Program-made: the position numbers and the translations under genes
Source of the DNA: Eledone cirrhosa
Taxonomy: Eukaryota
Direction: 5' to 3'
Assembly (NCBI GenBank): GCA_964016885.1
Contig: OZ024743.1
Span: forward strand, 334,118,001 to 334,182,000
DNA: 64,000 bases
Notes under the pieces: model-generated
Seen by the model: only the letters and a program-made list of their open reading frames with translations
Database searches by the model: none
What the model was told of the DNA's origin: nothing
Shown here: positions 28,906 through 44,830 of the stretch, piece after piece
Layout of the letters: every line of letters begins with the position of its first letter
Position numbering within the stretch: the first letter of the stretch is position 1

Positions 28906-29389
28906 GCCATTCAAGAATATCTAGAAGCAGTAATGTTTCGTGTCGCAGCTCAACTGTCTGCAAATTATGTCAGAAGAGTAAGGTAGGTTGTGTGAATTCA
29001 GTAATTAATCAGGCTGATGGAAATGTCATCATTAAAACGGATTCGGATTTAGGCAGAAGGTCAACAATTTTAGGGGAGGGCAGGTCGATTAAATCGATCC
29101 TAGTGCATTACTGGTATTTTAATTTAACGACCCTGTAAGGATGTAAGGCAAAGATAACCTCGGCAGGATTTAAACTCAGAATGTAAAGGGACGTAACTAT
29201 ATGCCACAAAGCATGTTGTCCGATGCTCTACCGATACTGTTAATCCACTGCCTTAAGAATAATAATAATAATGATTTCTGATTTAGGCACAAGGCCAACA
29301 ATTTTGGGGAGGAGGTACAAGTCGGTTAAATCGAGCCCAGTGTGTGACTGGTACCTTATATTATCGACCCCGTAAGGATGAATGGCAAA

Positions 29390-29642
29390 GCCTTGTGTCC
29401 TTGAGCAAGACACTTTATTTCACGTTGCTCCAGTCCACTCAGGTGGCAAAAATGAGTTGTACCTGTAATTTCAAGGCCTATCCTTGTTACATTCTGTGTC
29501 ACGCTGAATCTCCCTGAAAACTACGTTAAGGGTACGCGTTTCTATGTAATACACATCCACTTGCATGTTAATTTTACGAGCATGCTGTTCCGTTGACCAC
29601 ATCAACTGGAACACTCGTCGTTGTCACCGACGGAGTACCAGT
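29390..29642 (+). mobile_element. Second SINE family (CORE-like gtgtccttgagcaagacacttt). Related copies at 26480-26732(-), 41775-42075(-), 43600-43815(-), 54255-54390(+), 56235-56395(-), 32630-32780(-)
   Basis: Shared gtgtccttgagcaagacactttatttcacgttgctcc. The 41775 and 43600 copies have a tRNA-like head (gttcgattcccggaccggg). Confidence 0.7.
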
Positions 29643-30506
29643 TGTCTCTTTCTCCCTCTCTCTATGTTTTCATACGTTACATCGGACCAACCAACCGGTA
29701 GACACATGGGTTTGATATCAATAATTATTTAGTTTAGAATTTGTCTTCTTAGAGCCAAACGTGTTGTACTGTACATAACATTTTATGTTACTGAGACTTC
29801 TTGGTAAAACTCTAAGCTTATCCACTCGAAATTGACCTTACCTAGTAACTTAAAGCATTCTCTGTAGTAAATTAACTTCTTAATAAGGTGATTAGACATT
29901 ACTTTCATAATAAACATTACTTAATGGTTACTTTGAATTATTATTATGATTATGACGTGTTCGGTTACTATGAAATTCATATTCTGATATATCTTGGAAA
30001 ACACAGAACCGAAATTATAGCTGTAAAAGCATTATCAATTTAATATTGTGGCCAATATTTATCTGCTGATAACAGCTGTAACATACCAGGCGAAACTGTA
30101 AATTTGAGGATTTATGAAATATACTACGTCATATTCATGATCATTTCTAAGCGATTCTCTAATTGAATCTTAGCTGACATTTTAACTAGAGGGGTTTTTT
30201 CATTATAGCTTCATAATGAAGCTTTTCAAGTTTGTACTTAAAATACTCTTAACCATAGAAAATTCTTGTGCGTATATAGAAATACACTGCTGTATATAAA
30301 CTCATACACACATTAACACTCACAAATAGACACACACTCACATACATATACGCACGCATATAAATACATATATATATATATGTAAATATAAATATACACT
30401 CACGGACACACACACATACACACACATACACACACATACACACACACACACACACACATATATATGTATGTGTATATGTATGTATGTATACATATATATA
30501 TATAAA

Positions 30507-30537
<31 letters not shown>

Positions 30538-30972
30538 GCTGTATATATATATATGTGTGTGTGTGTGTCTGTGAGTGTGTGTGTGTATGTATGTATGTAT
30601 GTATGTATGTGTGTGTGTGTGTGTGTGTTATTTCTCTTGACTGATAGTCAATTTATATAGTTGTTTGGACCTGACTTGTCTTGCCTTATCTCTGTCCGAC
30701 AGAATACAATATTATCATAACGTTGCTATCAACGAAACAATCGTCAATTCAATAACAGGATTAGTATCTTCAACATCCCTTTATAAGATATATCAGCAAG
30801 GTAAACTTCGATTGGATAAGAGCTTTACCAAGAAGTCTCAGTTATGTATGTGTTACGTTAACAATAGAAAACGTTTAGTTCTGAGAAGACGAAATCTGAA
30901 CCATATAATTATTGACAACTAAACCATGTCTGCTAGTTCGTCGGTCCCATGTAACGTATGAAGAGAGAGAGA

Positions 30973-31033
<61 letters not shown>

Positions 31034-33230
31034 TGTGTGTGTGTGAGAGGGAGAGGGAGTAAGATAGATAGATAGATAGAGATAGAAAGAGATAAGAGAT
31101 AAGGAGTAACATATATACTGAGCAGAGTGCCAGCCAAATAGAGAAATAGACATTTAAAATAACTCTTATACTGACACACATAAGCACACAGACACACATA
31201 GGTGCACACATGCACACACACACACGCGCACACACACACACACACACACAGGTGCGCGTATACACACACATATACAGTTACATTCTCACTCACATACACA
31301 CACACAAATGCACAGACACATACATACACGGACTCCCCCCCCACACACACGCAAACGCACACACACAGGCATACACACACAAGTAATTATCGTCTGCTGA
31401 AACACCAACGAATGCTTATGGCGTTTGTACGAAGTGGCTTTTTCTTTTCATTGTTTCGTTTTTTTTTGTTGAAAAAATGTATTCCTTTTCTCAATTTCTT
31501 CTCAGATCTGTGCTTTCATTGATATATACAGAATGTTTGTGGACGCAACGTAACCCAAGAAGTTAGTTCGCTAATCCTAAGGTACTGGGTTAGATATCTT
31601 GTGTTATTTATCACTGCTTCGGGTCAACCCTTGATTTGCTTAGACGGAAACTGCCTGAAAAGCCCTTAATTTAATTTATAGTGTTAGCAAATAAATGGAC
31701 AATTTTCTTGAAATGCAGACGTAGTGAATTCATATATTCATTTTTATTTATTAAAAAAATATTTTCTTACTTTAATTTATACATAGGTAACTCCTGATGG
31801 AGTCACAGGGGCGCCTTAGTGGCATATGGCGTTTCTTGGGCATTTTAAAAACATGTCGGAGCCCATCTTTCTCCAGGTCTGAACACAGCAGATAATCTTC
31901 CAGAGAAGAATAGAAAGAGAGAGGAAGAATCGATCTCAGTACTAGACTGATCCTTTTTTTTATCAATCCCGAAAAGATGAAAGGCAAAGTTGACCTCGGC
32001 GGGATTTGATCTCAGAGATCAGAGAGCCGAACCAAATACCGCAAAGCATTCTATGCGAGTTGTAACGACTCTGCCAATTCGCCGCCTTATAATTTATACA
32101 TTATTACATTTTTATTTATTTGTCTACTGTTAATATTTTATATTTTTATATAATTCTTCGTAGACGCCTTTGTCACTTTTCTTCTATATCTAGCGGTACA
32201 CTGCCCGATATTTTCAAGTAGTTTTTTTTCTAGTGATCAACTATTCACGTTGAGACGCACACATTTAAAAATTAAAATGGCTACAATGCTTCCGAAGTCA
32301 ACCGCTGTTTATATTTCCAAATATTCATTGATAAAATGATTTTATGATGTATTGTCTGGAGTATAGAATTTTACATCTTGACATTTGCCACGGCACAGTA
32401 TCATCCAATACATTATATTTCTATTTTAATATAAAGCAATAAAGTTTCAACAACCATATTATATTCAAATATTCACAATAACAGTTTATTTGATCACTTT
32501 ATGTGGTTCTCAGTAAAGTTTTTAAACGTTTATTGTTCTTTCGAGTATCAAACATTCAATGTTAGTTATTCCTGTAGCTGATACTACAGCTAATGTTACC
32601 CGTGGATTTGACTAAATAATGGAATGGATCGCCGTCGGTTTCGACGACGAGTGTTACAGTTATTCGATTAACGGAAACAGCCTGTCCATTAACGTGTAAG
32701 TGACAGAGCATTCCGTGGACATGTGTACCCTTAACGTAATTCTCAAGAAAATTTATCGTGACACAATGTGTGATAAGGCAGTTTCAGGTGTAGGTGCGGT
32801 CCGCCTAACGAACTTCCCTACAGTTTCCGGCTACCCAACTTTACACACAAGCCATGGGTCGACATGAGGCTATGGTGAATGTTACATGTGTAAGATGTCA
32901 AACAAAGGGATCGCACCAGGGTCCTAATGATTGCCAAGAGAACTTCTCAACCATTCAGCCATTTTGTGTCTACTGATAAGATTGGTGGTGTCTACTATTT
33001 ACGACCTATTTATAGGTTTAGATATAAATTGACCCACTCATCTAATTCATGACATAGTCCCTATATTAAAAACGACTATTGTTAAACACATTTTAGAAAA
33101 GTATCCATCCAGGTGGTAGATGGTAATATGGTTTATCCATAAAAAAACAATCTCGTCTGTCAATAAAGATGATTTTAACAATTATGTATTGTTTAATTTT
33201 TTTGCTGTTGCTTTGACTGTATATTATATC

Positions 33231-33305
<75 letters not shown>

Positions 33306-33654
33306 CATTATATATATGTATATATATATATAAATCTATATATGTATATCATTATATATTATGTATATATATATATATATATATAAATCTCTATATGTAT
33401 ATCATTATATATATGTATATATATATATGGTGGTTGGCAGTATCGGTGGAGGGTCGGACGCCATGTTTTGCAGCAAAGAGTTACGGCCCTTTATGGTCTG
33501 AGTTCAAATCCCGTCGAGGTTAACTTTGCCTTTCATCCTTACGGGGTCGATAAAATAAAGCACCAGTAATGTACTGGGTAATTGCTGGCCTTGTGCCAAA
33601 ATTAAAAACAATTATATATATATATATATAAATCTATATATGTATATCATTATA

Positions 33655-33714
<60 letters not shown>

Positions 33715-33715
<1 letters not shown>

Positions 33716-34269
33716 CAGGAAAGAAGAGTGACACGGTTTGCTATACAAAAATGGTTTTTAATCTCATTGCTGACAATTGTTTCTATGAACTGGTAGGTCT
33801 ACAGATCGCTATCCGCTTATTTTCGCGTTACTCGATCGCCAATACAAAATTATAACCAGTCAGTTCATCGGAGCTTGCGAGAATGAAGAGAATATAGAGG
33901 CATGAAAAGAATATACAGACTACTATATGTAGTAGTAATGGCATTCAGTTAGAACAATAACAACAATATCAACAATGCTAGCAATAAAATATTTGAAATA
34001 ATCACAACATCAATCTAGGTGGGAAGTATAGTATATCTATGATTTTAGCGTGTAAAACTAGCTGACATGAGGTAGATGTATAAAATTGACATGTAAAGAC
34101 TGTCGTAGGGTGTATTATATCAAGTGTAAAGATAAGCTGGTGTTTTTAAACAATGTAGGTCAGGTGGCCGTAATAGTCGGGTTTTATCTGACCGATGAAG
34201 TATTTATCACTGTAGTAGAATTTATGTGGTCTATATTAGATGAGAGTTCTTTTCCATCCTCAATAACAT
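33715..34269 (-). mobile_element. PLE 3' UTR/pLTR related to 48109-50018
   Basis: 33715-33890 aligns with 48109-48282 and begins in (TA)n. Confidence 0.65.
33769..33874 (-). ncRNA. Type I hammerhead, family D (C4 core, ~80 nt stem II); decayed copies at 48165-48266(-) and 49853-49960(+)
   Basis: Sense: GCU-CCGAUGA-acugACUGGU[...]ACCAGUucaua-GAAA-CAAUUG-UC-AGC. Confidence 0.6.
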
Positions 34270-36760
<2,491 letters not shown>

Positions 36761-37112
36761 GAGAGAGAGAGGGAGATATTTTACTATCTTTCTGCCTAAT
36801 ATTCTTTTTTTCCTTTGAATAGATTTGATCGAAATACAAAAGAAATTACAAACCAAACAGCAACTATTAATTAACAATACATCTCCACCTAAATATACAA
36901 TAGATAGCTATGTTCCAGTATATAACCTCAAGTTATATGACTTTAATGTAAGTTATTAACAATGAAGGGATGTAAAGAAACGTCTAAATTTGCAATTCTA
37001 TTGTTCGTTCATAAAAATGCAAATTCATCATGCTGTTCTTTATTTTTTGTTTTTATCCTAAATGTGCTTACAAAGGAGGAAAATATAACGTTTTTAAACT
37101 TCTTCTTTTCCT

Positions 37113-37148
37113 TGTTGCTGTTGTTGTTGTTGTTGTTGTTGTTGTTGG

Positions 37149-37197
<49 letters not shown>

Positions 37198-37540
37198 CTT
37201 CTTCTTCTTCTTCTTCTTCTTCTTCTTCTTCTTCTTCTTCTTCTTCTTCTTCTTGAGAGGGTCATGCGGGCAAAGTCCTCAAGCACTTCTTCCAGCTAGT
37301 CCTGTCAGCAGAAACAACCGTTTCCAACTGATCCGGCTGGATCCCCAAGCGAGATCAGCCGAACTCATAGATGTTATCCAACTATATTCCTCGGTGTCTA
37401 CCCCTGGTGGGTCTCCTACTGGTTGGATTTGCCCGTAAAATCTGTCCCGCGTTTCTTTCCTGAAACATTCTAACCAAATGCCCATAATATCAGAGTTGTG
37501 ATCTCTCAATTCGGAGAAGTAGCGGCTCAACTTGGAGTGA
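37113..37540 (-). mobile_element. RTE (Expander/Rex3-like) LINE 3' end with (GAA)n(CAA)n tail
   Basis: A minus frame with stops reads EPLLLRIERSQL*YYGHLVRM...RRPTRGR...LGIQP...W..CL..LP. Confidence 0.75.
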
Positions 37541-38293
37541 CTTTAAACCTGAAGCTGAACAACAATATCTTTACTTTAAATATACTTTTACTGCTTTCTT
37601 TCATTGTACTGTTGCCATGAAAGAGCTCCACCTTGAATTAGTCGATCATATCGACCCCACTACTTACTTTTTAAAAGTCTGCTACTTATTTTATCGATCT
37701 CATTTTAGTCAAACCAGTAAGTTAAGCACACACAAACACACATATACCAGTGCGCACACACACAAGTATATGGGCTGATTTTATCTAATGCTTTGCTCCC
37801 ACCTATTGAAATCTGTGGCTGTGTGTTTATGTAAGAAATATTTATTGTTGGACGAGGGAAACAACATGTAATTGTTTTTTAGTTTGAATTTAATGTTTGA
37901 AAAAATATAAAAAAAAAAATGTTTCTGAGGAAGACGGTAAGATGGATCTATAGTATCGTGACTAATAATTGTTTCTACTTTTGGCACAAGGCCAGCAATT
38001 ATCCAAGTGCATTACTGGTACTTTATTTTATCGATCCCGTAAGGATGAAAGGTTAGGTTAACCTCGGCGGGATTTGAACTCAGAACATAAAGGGCCATAA
38101 CTATATGCTGCAAAGCATGACGTCCAGCCCTCTACCGATACTACCAATCCACCATTGAGTTACATATCTACTATTGATTAGTCACTATATCGACTTAACA
38201 CCAATCAACTTCTGAAACAGTCGTAAAACAATGTACTGGTTAAGCACTAAACTTCGCCTTTTGTTTTCATTGTTCAACACACATACACACATA

Positions 38294-38403
<110 letters not shown>

Positions 38404-38620
38404 CATATATAGAGAGATTATAAGAACATATTAAAGTTTAAGCAAAGAATCGCTGCTTTCACCCTTAACGGGATCTTCTGAAACTAAAAGAAAAAAATCA
38501 GTCTGTGGACGCAGAAGTGAATATTTCCCAAAACGTCACCACCGAAGGAAAACAGAAAGACGATAATTTGGTTCGTGAAGACGTTCCCTCTTCGATTTTA
38601 GTCTTCACATTTATTATTAC

Positions 38621-38698
<78 letters not shown>

Positions 38699-39024
38699 AA
38701 ATATTAATATAAATAAACAAGAGTACTTTAGTGTCGGGAAAACAAATCTATATATTGAATTGCATGGAACAAATAAAACAAAAGAAAAAAAAAAACGAGA
38801 AAAATATTTCAGAGAATCCTCTCTGAAATTTCTCTTTTGATGTTTTCAGTCTTCTACTTCCTTGTGACAGGAGAAACCCCAGAGTAACATGGCACAAATA
38901 GGGTCTTAATAAAGAATAACATGTCTGAATGAATACACACGTGCTTTTCCCCCCAAATATCTTTTCTGCCCCTTCCTCTTCCCACTCTTTATCTTTCTAT
39001 TTCATCTTTTATTTCTCATACTAT

Positions 39025-39065
39025 CTTCTGATGAAGGACTAGTGTCCGAAACATACTATATCAAG
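39025..39065 (+). ncRNA. Minimal type I hammerhead, family F, in a solo pLTR-like segment (~38700-39130)
   Basis: CUU-CUGAUGA-aGGAC uagu GUCC-GAAA-cauacuaua-UC-AAG, with one stem III mismatch. Confidence 0.75.
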
Positions 39066-39131
39066 CGCAAAACTAATATGTTTATTCGTTGTGCGGTGTT
39101 ATTTGGTTTGTTGTTTCCGTTTACCTTCTGT

Positions 39132-39162
<31 letters not shown>

Positions 39163-39193
39163 GGGGTGGATGTATGTTTGTGCATGTGTATGT

Positions 39194-39301
<108 letters not shown>

Positions 39302-39938
39302 TGTGAGTGTGATTTTCACGCCTCGTATGTGCTACTTACTATAAGATATCATTTTACTCTGAGTAAAGGTGGTAAGAAACTCTCTGGAGAGCTGGACAGC
39401 AGAAGGTCTTCAGAGAAGAAACTCACCTCAAGCGAGTGTTTCGGTCCTTAACTTAAATCACACACACACGGAGACATGCAGAAACATACATCCACCCCTC
39501 TATATATAGATGGTGAATGTATGTTTGTGCGTGCGTACATGCACGCGCGCGTGTGTGATTTACACGTTTCGTATACGCTGATTACTATCAGATATTATTT
39601 TCCTCTGAGTAAAAGTTATTTATTTAAAATATTTCAAACGTTCAAAAATACATTTAATAATAATTTCAACAGAGATACCTGGAGTTCAAGGTCAAGATCT
39701 ATAGTATAGGTGGAATATTTAGACTCGGAAAACTACATTTTGAATTCCCGCGAGAGTAGGAAAACTTAACATAATTGGAATTTCTTCAGCGGAAAATGTT
39801 ACAAAGTAGGTTAAAAATTATAATTTTTGTAAAATGAATACAGCAATCATCTATATACATATATACACCGTCAAGTATGTATGTATGTATGTATGTATGT
39901 ATGTATGTATGTATGTATGTATGTATGTATGTATGTAT

Positions 39939-40395
39939 GACTCTTAAGAGTCAATGGCTATCCAAAATCACCGGGAGAGATGACCCCTTAGCCTTTGTCA
40001 AGGCAGAATTCTAGAAGGAAAACTCTGATATAACACCTGCAACTCTGATGGTATCCAATGATGTTGACTTGTTCTTCTTTTTGGTAAATATCATCTTGGT
40101 TAAGAGAGTGGGACTGGCTTTGTGCAGTGCCTTTGCTCACTATAAAAGCTTCACGGCACAGGCATTGCTTTATATCTGGAGATCTCTCTGCACTTGTCGT
40201 TACATGGTGCCATGGGCCCAGCACTATGTGTCAATAATTTTCACAAGTGCAGTGTTTGTACCAGAGTTTTCAAGTCGCTGGCTGGACTAAAAAGTCACAC
40301 TCGTTCAGCGCATCGGTAGGGGTTCTCCTACATGGATATAAAGTAGTGGCCGTACTCGAAAACGAGTTGGCAGCCACCACCATGTATGTATGTAT
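39939..40395 (+). mobile_element. Bipartite RTE-derived non-autonomous element; copies at 50848-51235 and 51350-51815
   Basis: The 5' part resembles 10890-11380 and the 3' part matches 6910-7095. (TATG)n lies on both sides. Confidence 0.75.
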
Positions 40396-40446
40396 GCACA
40401 GACTGTTTTTTGCATTCCTGTGTTTGTTTTGTTTCATTTAAACACT

Positions 40447-40516
<70 letters not shown>

Positions 40517-40519
<3 letters not shown>

Positions 40520-41493
40520 GTAATCTGAGTTTTTCGAATATTAATAATAACATTCGATTCGTTTGCAATTTTGCAAACAAGGTTCAATTTTATAGCCATG
40601 TCAATAGAATGAACCCTTCATTCTTGCTGTTGTGTTAGCATTCGAACAGAACTTCAGACACAAATGTTTCTAGGTATCACCCTTCATCAGTACAGCTCAC
40701 TGTTCACCAGCCAAACTGTCAGAGCTAGTGAAAATATATGCTATTTTCAAAAATACACAGTGATTGATCGGCCTCATTTGCATATTAGCAGATTCACTTA
40801 TCAGCCAGATTTGCATATCAGCAGACTGGCCAGTCAGTTACCTGTATACGAGCGATAAATGACCGGCTTCGCCAAATTCAAATAAAAAAGAAAATTTCGT
40901 TCTACATGACTGAGTTTTTCGAATATTAATAATAACATTCGATTCGTTTGCAATTTTGCAAACAAGCCTCAATTTTATAGCCATGTCAGTAGAATGAACA
41001 CTTCATTCTTGTTTTTTTTTCTTTTTTATTTGAATTTGGCAAAGCCGGCCATTTATCGCTCGTATACAGGAAACTGCCTGGCCAGTCTGCTGATATGCAA
41101 ATCTGGCTGATCAGTGTATCTGCTGATATGCAGATCTGACTGATCAGTCCGTCTGCTAATATGCAAATCAGGCCGATCAGTCAATGTGTATTTTTGAAAA
41201 TAGCATATATTTTCAGTAGCTCTGACAGTTTGGCTGGTGAACAGTGAACTGTACTGACGAAGGGTGATACCTAGAAACATTTGTGTCTGCAGTTCTGTTC
41301 GCATGCCAACACAAGAGCAAGAATCAAGTGTTCCTTCTACTGACATGGCTATAAAATTGAGGCCTGTTTGCAAAATTGCAAACGAATCGAATGATATTAA
41401 TAAAAATAAAGTACCAGTAATGCACTCGGTGATTGATGGCCTTGTGCCAAAAGTAGAAACAATTATTAATATTCGAAAAACTCAGATTACATT
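40517..41493. mobile_element. Fold-back pLTR element (family G) in (TA)n; arms 40517-40893 and 41018-41493, partial third arm 40908-41012
   Basis: Mirror ORFs 40664-40858 and 41053-41373, 33 bp internal repeats, and a hammerhead in each arm. Confidence 0.8.
41246..41295 (+). ncRNA. Type I hammerhead, family G; copy at 40649-40698(-)
   Basis: GAACUGUA-CUGACGA-aGGG ugaua CCUa-GAAA-CA uuug UG-UC-UGCAGUUC. Confidence 0.82.
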
Positions 41494-41524
41494 TATTGTA
41501 TTCAGCCATGTAGAGCGAACTTTT

Positions 41525-41614
<90 letters not shown>

Positions 41615-42455
41615 TATGTGTGTGTGTACGCTCCCTTTATCACTGACGTTTACAAGAATGAGTACTCAATACCAGATTAGAGATTAATATATTCTTTAGT
41701 AAGGCCAAGCTTGAAGCGTACTCTCTTCTCTCTCTTTCTCTCTCTCTCTAGCAAACAGGAGAGAAGAGAGAAAGACCCCCTTCGGCCACGAATAACCATG
41801 GGATTTTTTACCTAGAAAGTTTACCTCCGAGACACAAATCCGGGCAAGGTTGTTTTGTGGAAGACCACCAGTCACCCATACATACCAGTCTCCCTCGTCC
41901 AAGGGAAAGACTAAGACCAATACAGCGTGGCAACTCATTTCTACAGCTGAGTAAACTTGAGCAACCTGAAATAAAGTGTCTTGCTCAAGGACACAACGCA
42001 TCACCCGGTCCGGGAATCGAACTAACAACCTCACGATTGTAAGCGCGAAGCTCTAATCACTAAGCCATGCGCCTTTACACACACACACAGACAAACAGAC
42101 ACACACACATATATATATATATCGCATTTGAAATATAGTCGTCCAACGAACATCTATAATAATTATCGATCACTATAAATAATAGAGAAAATTAGGTAAG
42201 GTAACACTGGAGACAAAAACAAGTTCAACAGAGATACCCACCACGATGCCGAGCGAGTGCGTTAACTATTATGGTAAGATGTCCCTGGTCACTAGTTGCC
42301 TTCTTACTTAGAAGATTTATCCCTGTAGTTAAAAGTGTGAACATCACATCACTCACCAGATCTGAACACAGCCGATTTCTTCCAGTGTGTGTGGGAGATA
42401 GCTAGCTATCGACTGAATATATATTTCTTTTTTATTTGAATTTGGCATGCCGGCC

Positions 42456-42510
<55 letters not shown>

Positions 42511-42515
<5 letters not shown>

Positions 42516-43200
42516 AAATAAGATGAAATCGAAAATGCAACTGGAGTCTTATATTTTTAAAAATATATATATTTATTTGGTTCCTTTACCGGTTTCGCAG
42601 TTCTTCAAAAGTAGAGTTGAGATGGAGGGTCTGTGGTTTTTCTCACATCTGGTTGGTCTCTGAATGTTACTTGTTTTATATGGAAAAAGTGGCTCGAAAT
42701 GCCAGGTTTTTCGAGAAGTAATTTGATTGGTTGGTCAATAATTATAATAAATTTCGCGCCCCAGTTCGCGTTACAAAGTTCTTCAAACAGGGGGGGGGGG
42801 GGGTTTCAAACACTCATATATGAAAAAACAACCTGTGACAACCCCCCCCCTTGTTTGAAGAACTTTGTAACGCGAACTGGCGCGAAAATTATTATAATTA
42901 TTGACCAACCAATCAAATTACTTCTCGAAAAACCTGGCATTTCGAGCCACTTTTTCCATATAAAACAAGTAACATTCAGAGACCAACCAGGTGTGAGAAA
43001 AACCACAGACCCTCCATCTCAACTCTACTTTTGAAAAGCAGAAGAACTACGAAACCGGTAAAGGAACCAAATAAATATATATATTTTTTTAAAAATAAGA
43101 CTCCAGTTGCATTTTCGATTTCATCTCTTTTTCTTTATACTTTCACTCATATAGGACACCTCGGTTATTTTTCATTTTGTAAAAAAAACCTCACTTTCTA
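42511..43200. mobile_element. Fold-back pLTR element (family H); arms 42511-42803 and 42842-43138, right-arm tail to ~43200
   Basis: Mirror ORFs 42633(+) and 43006(-), with (TA)n flanks. Confidence 0.85.
43028..43063 (+). ncRNA. Minimal hammerhead, family H (U3-A8 core)
   Basis: CUU-UUGAAAA-GCAG aagaa CUaC-GAAA-CCGG-UA-AAG. The left arm has CUGC, which restores stem II, but carries an 8 nt deletion. Confidence 0.68.
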
Positions 43201-43227
43201 AAATATATATATATATATTTATTTATA

Positions 43228-43361
43228 TATAAAGGAAATGAATACAAAGAGTTTAAAACCGTTAGAACATGTTTATATAATTGTGCACCTACGTACGTAG
43301 GTGCACAATTATATAAACATGTTCTAACGCTTTTAAACTTTTTGTATTCATTTCCTTTATA
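43228..43361. repeat. Spacerless 134 bp palindrome in (TA)n with a one-sided tail to ~43520
   Basis: Centre cctacgt|acgtagg at 43294/43295. Confidence 0.92.
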
Positions 43362-43543
43362 ATCGCTCTGCTTATTCTTTCTCGCCCACTAAATATTGAC
43401 GCCTCTAATATTTAACCCTGTAGGCACGAGTATTGAGCACACATAAACTATTGGCAACTAAATATATGTATCGACCATCTTTTCATTCTCTTCTCTCTCT
43501 CGATACCAAATCATTCTACATTTATATATATATATATATATAC

Positions 43544-43594
<51 letters not shown>

Positions 43595-43820
43595 GGCGAT
43601 CGACGACTTTTCGTCAAATATCGGGCCGAGGAAACAATGTTTCCATTGGTCTTTCCAATTGCTAATACTCTCTATCGGTCGCATCTCCAGGTAGAAGGAG
43701 CAACGTGAAATAAAGTGTCTTGCTCAAGGACATAACGCATCGCCCGGTCCGGGAATCGAACACACAACCTCACGACTGTGAATCCAATTCTCTAACCACT
43801 CAGCCACATGCTTTTACTAA

Positions 43821-43933
<113 letters not shown>

Positions 43934-43978
43934 ATAATAAAATATTTTTCTTCCTCATAATCGTCACTTTCTCCCTGT

Positions 43979-44240
<262 letters not shown>

Positions 44241-44643
44241 GAATGATGAAAGGAAAAGGTAACGTCGAACTCAGAATGCAAGGAAGGAACGGGAACAAAT
44301 TTCGTGCATTCAATCTGACGCCCTAATGATTCTGTCAGTTCGCCACCTAACATACAGTTATGTATACATATATATGTTTACACACATAGATGCGCGCGTA
44401 TATATACTAGCATTATACCCGTAAAATATAAGGAATTTTTTAATTTAAAATATTTTATTTAATAATTCTTTGATTACACTCCACGTAAACATACATCCGT
44501 CGCTGTATTTCGTTTTACCTCCGTTTAAATCAATTAATTACAATAATATTCTTCCACATTTTCTTTATTCATTATCAAACATAAATCCACTAAAAAACGA
44601 TGACTTTGTTCTACACATATATTTCTCTATATATCAGTCTGTC

Positions 44644-44830
<187 letters not shown>

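Larger units (their letters stand above)
26078..30057. repeat. 1.26 kb inverted duplication (26078-27341 and 28778-30057)
   Basis: Near-identical reverse complements, giving mirror ORFs 26983-27279(-) and 28842-29138(+). Confidence 0.95.

Noticed and set aside
26983-29138. Duplicated 98 aa gene pair
   Set aside because: A chance ORF spanning a MITE end and a SINE within the inverted duplication.
41086-41182. CRISPR-like array (also 58512-58562)
   Set aside because: Contiguous tandem repeats without unique spacers, in a eukaryotic context with no cas genes.
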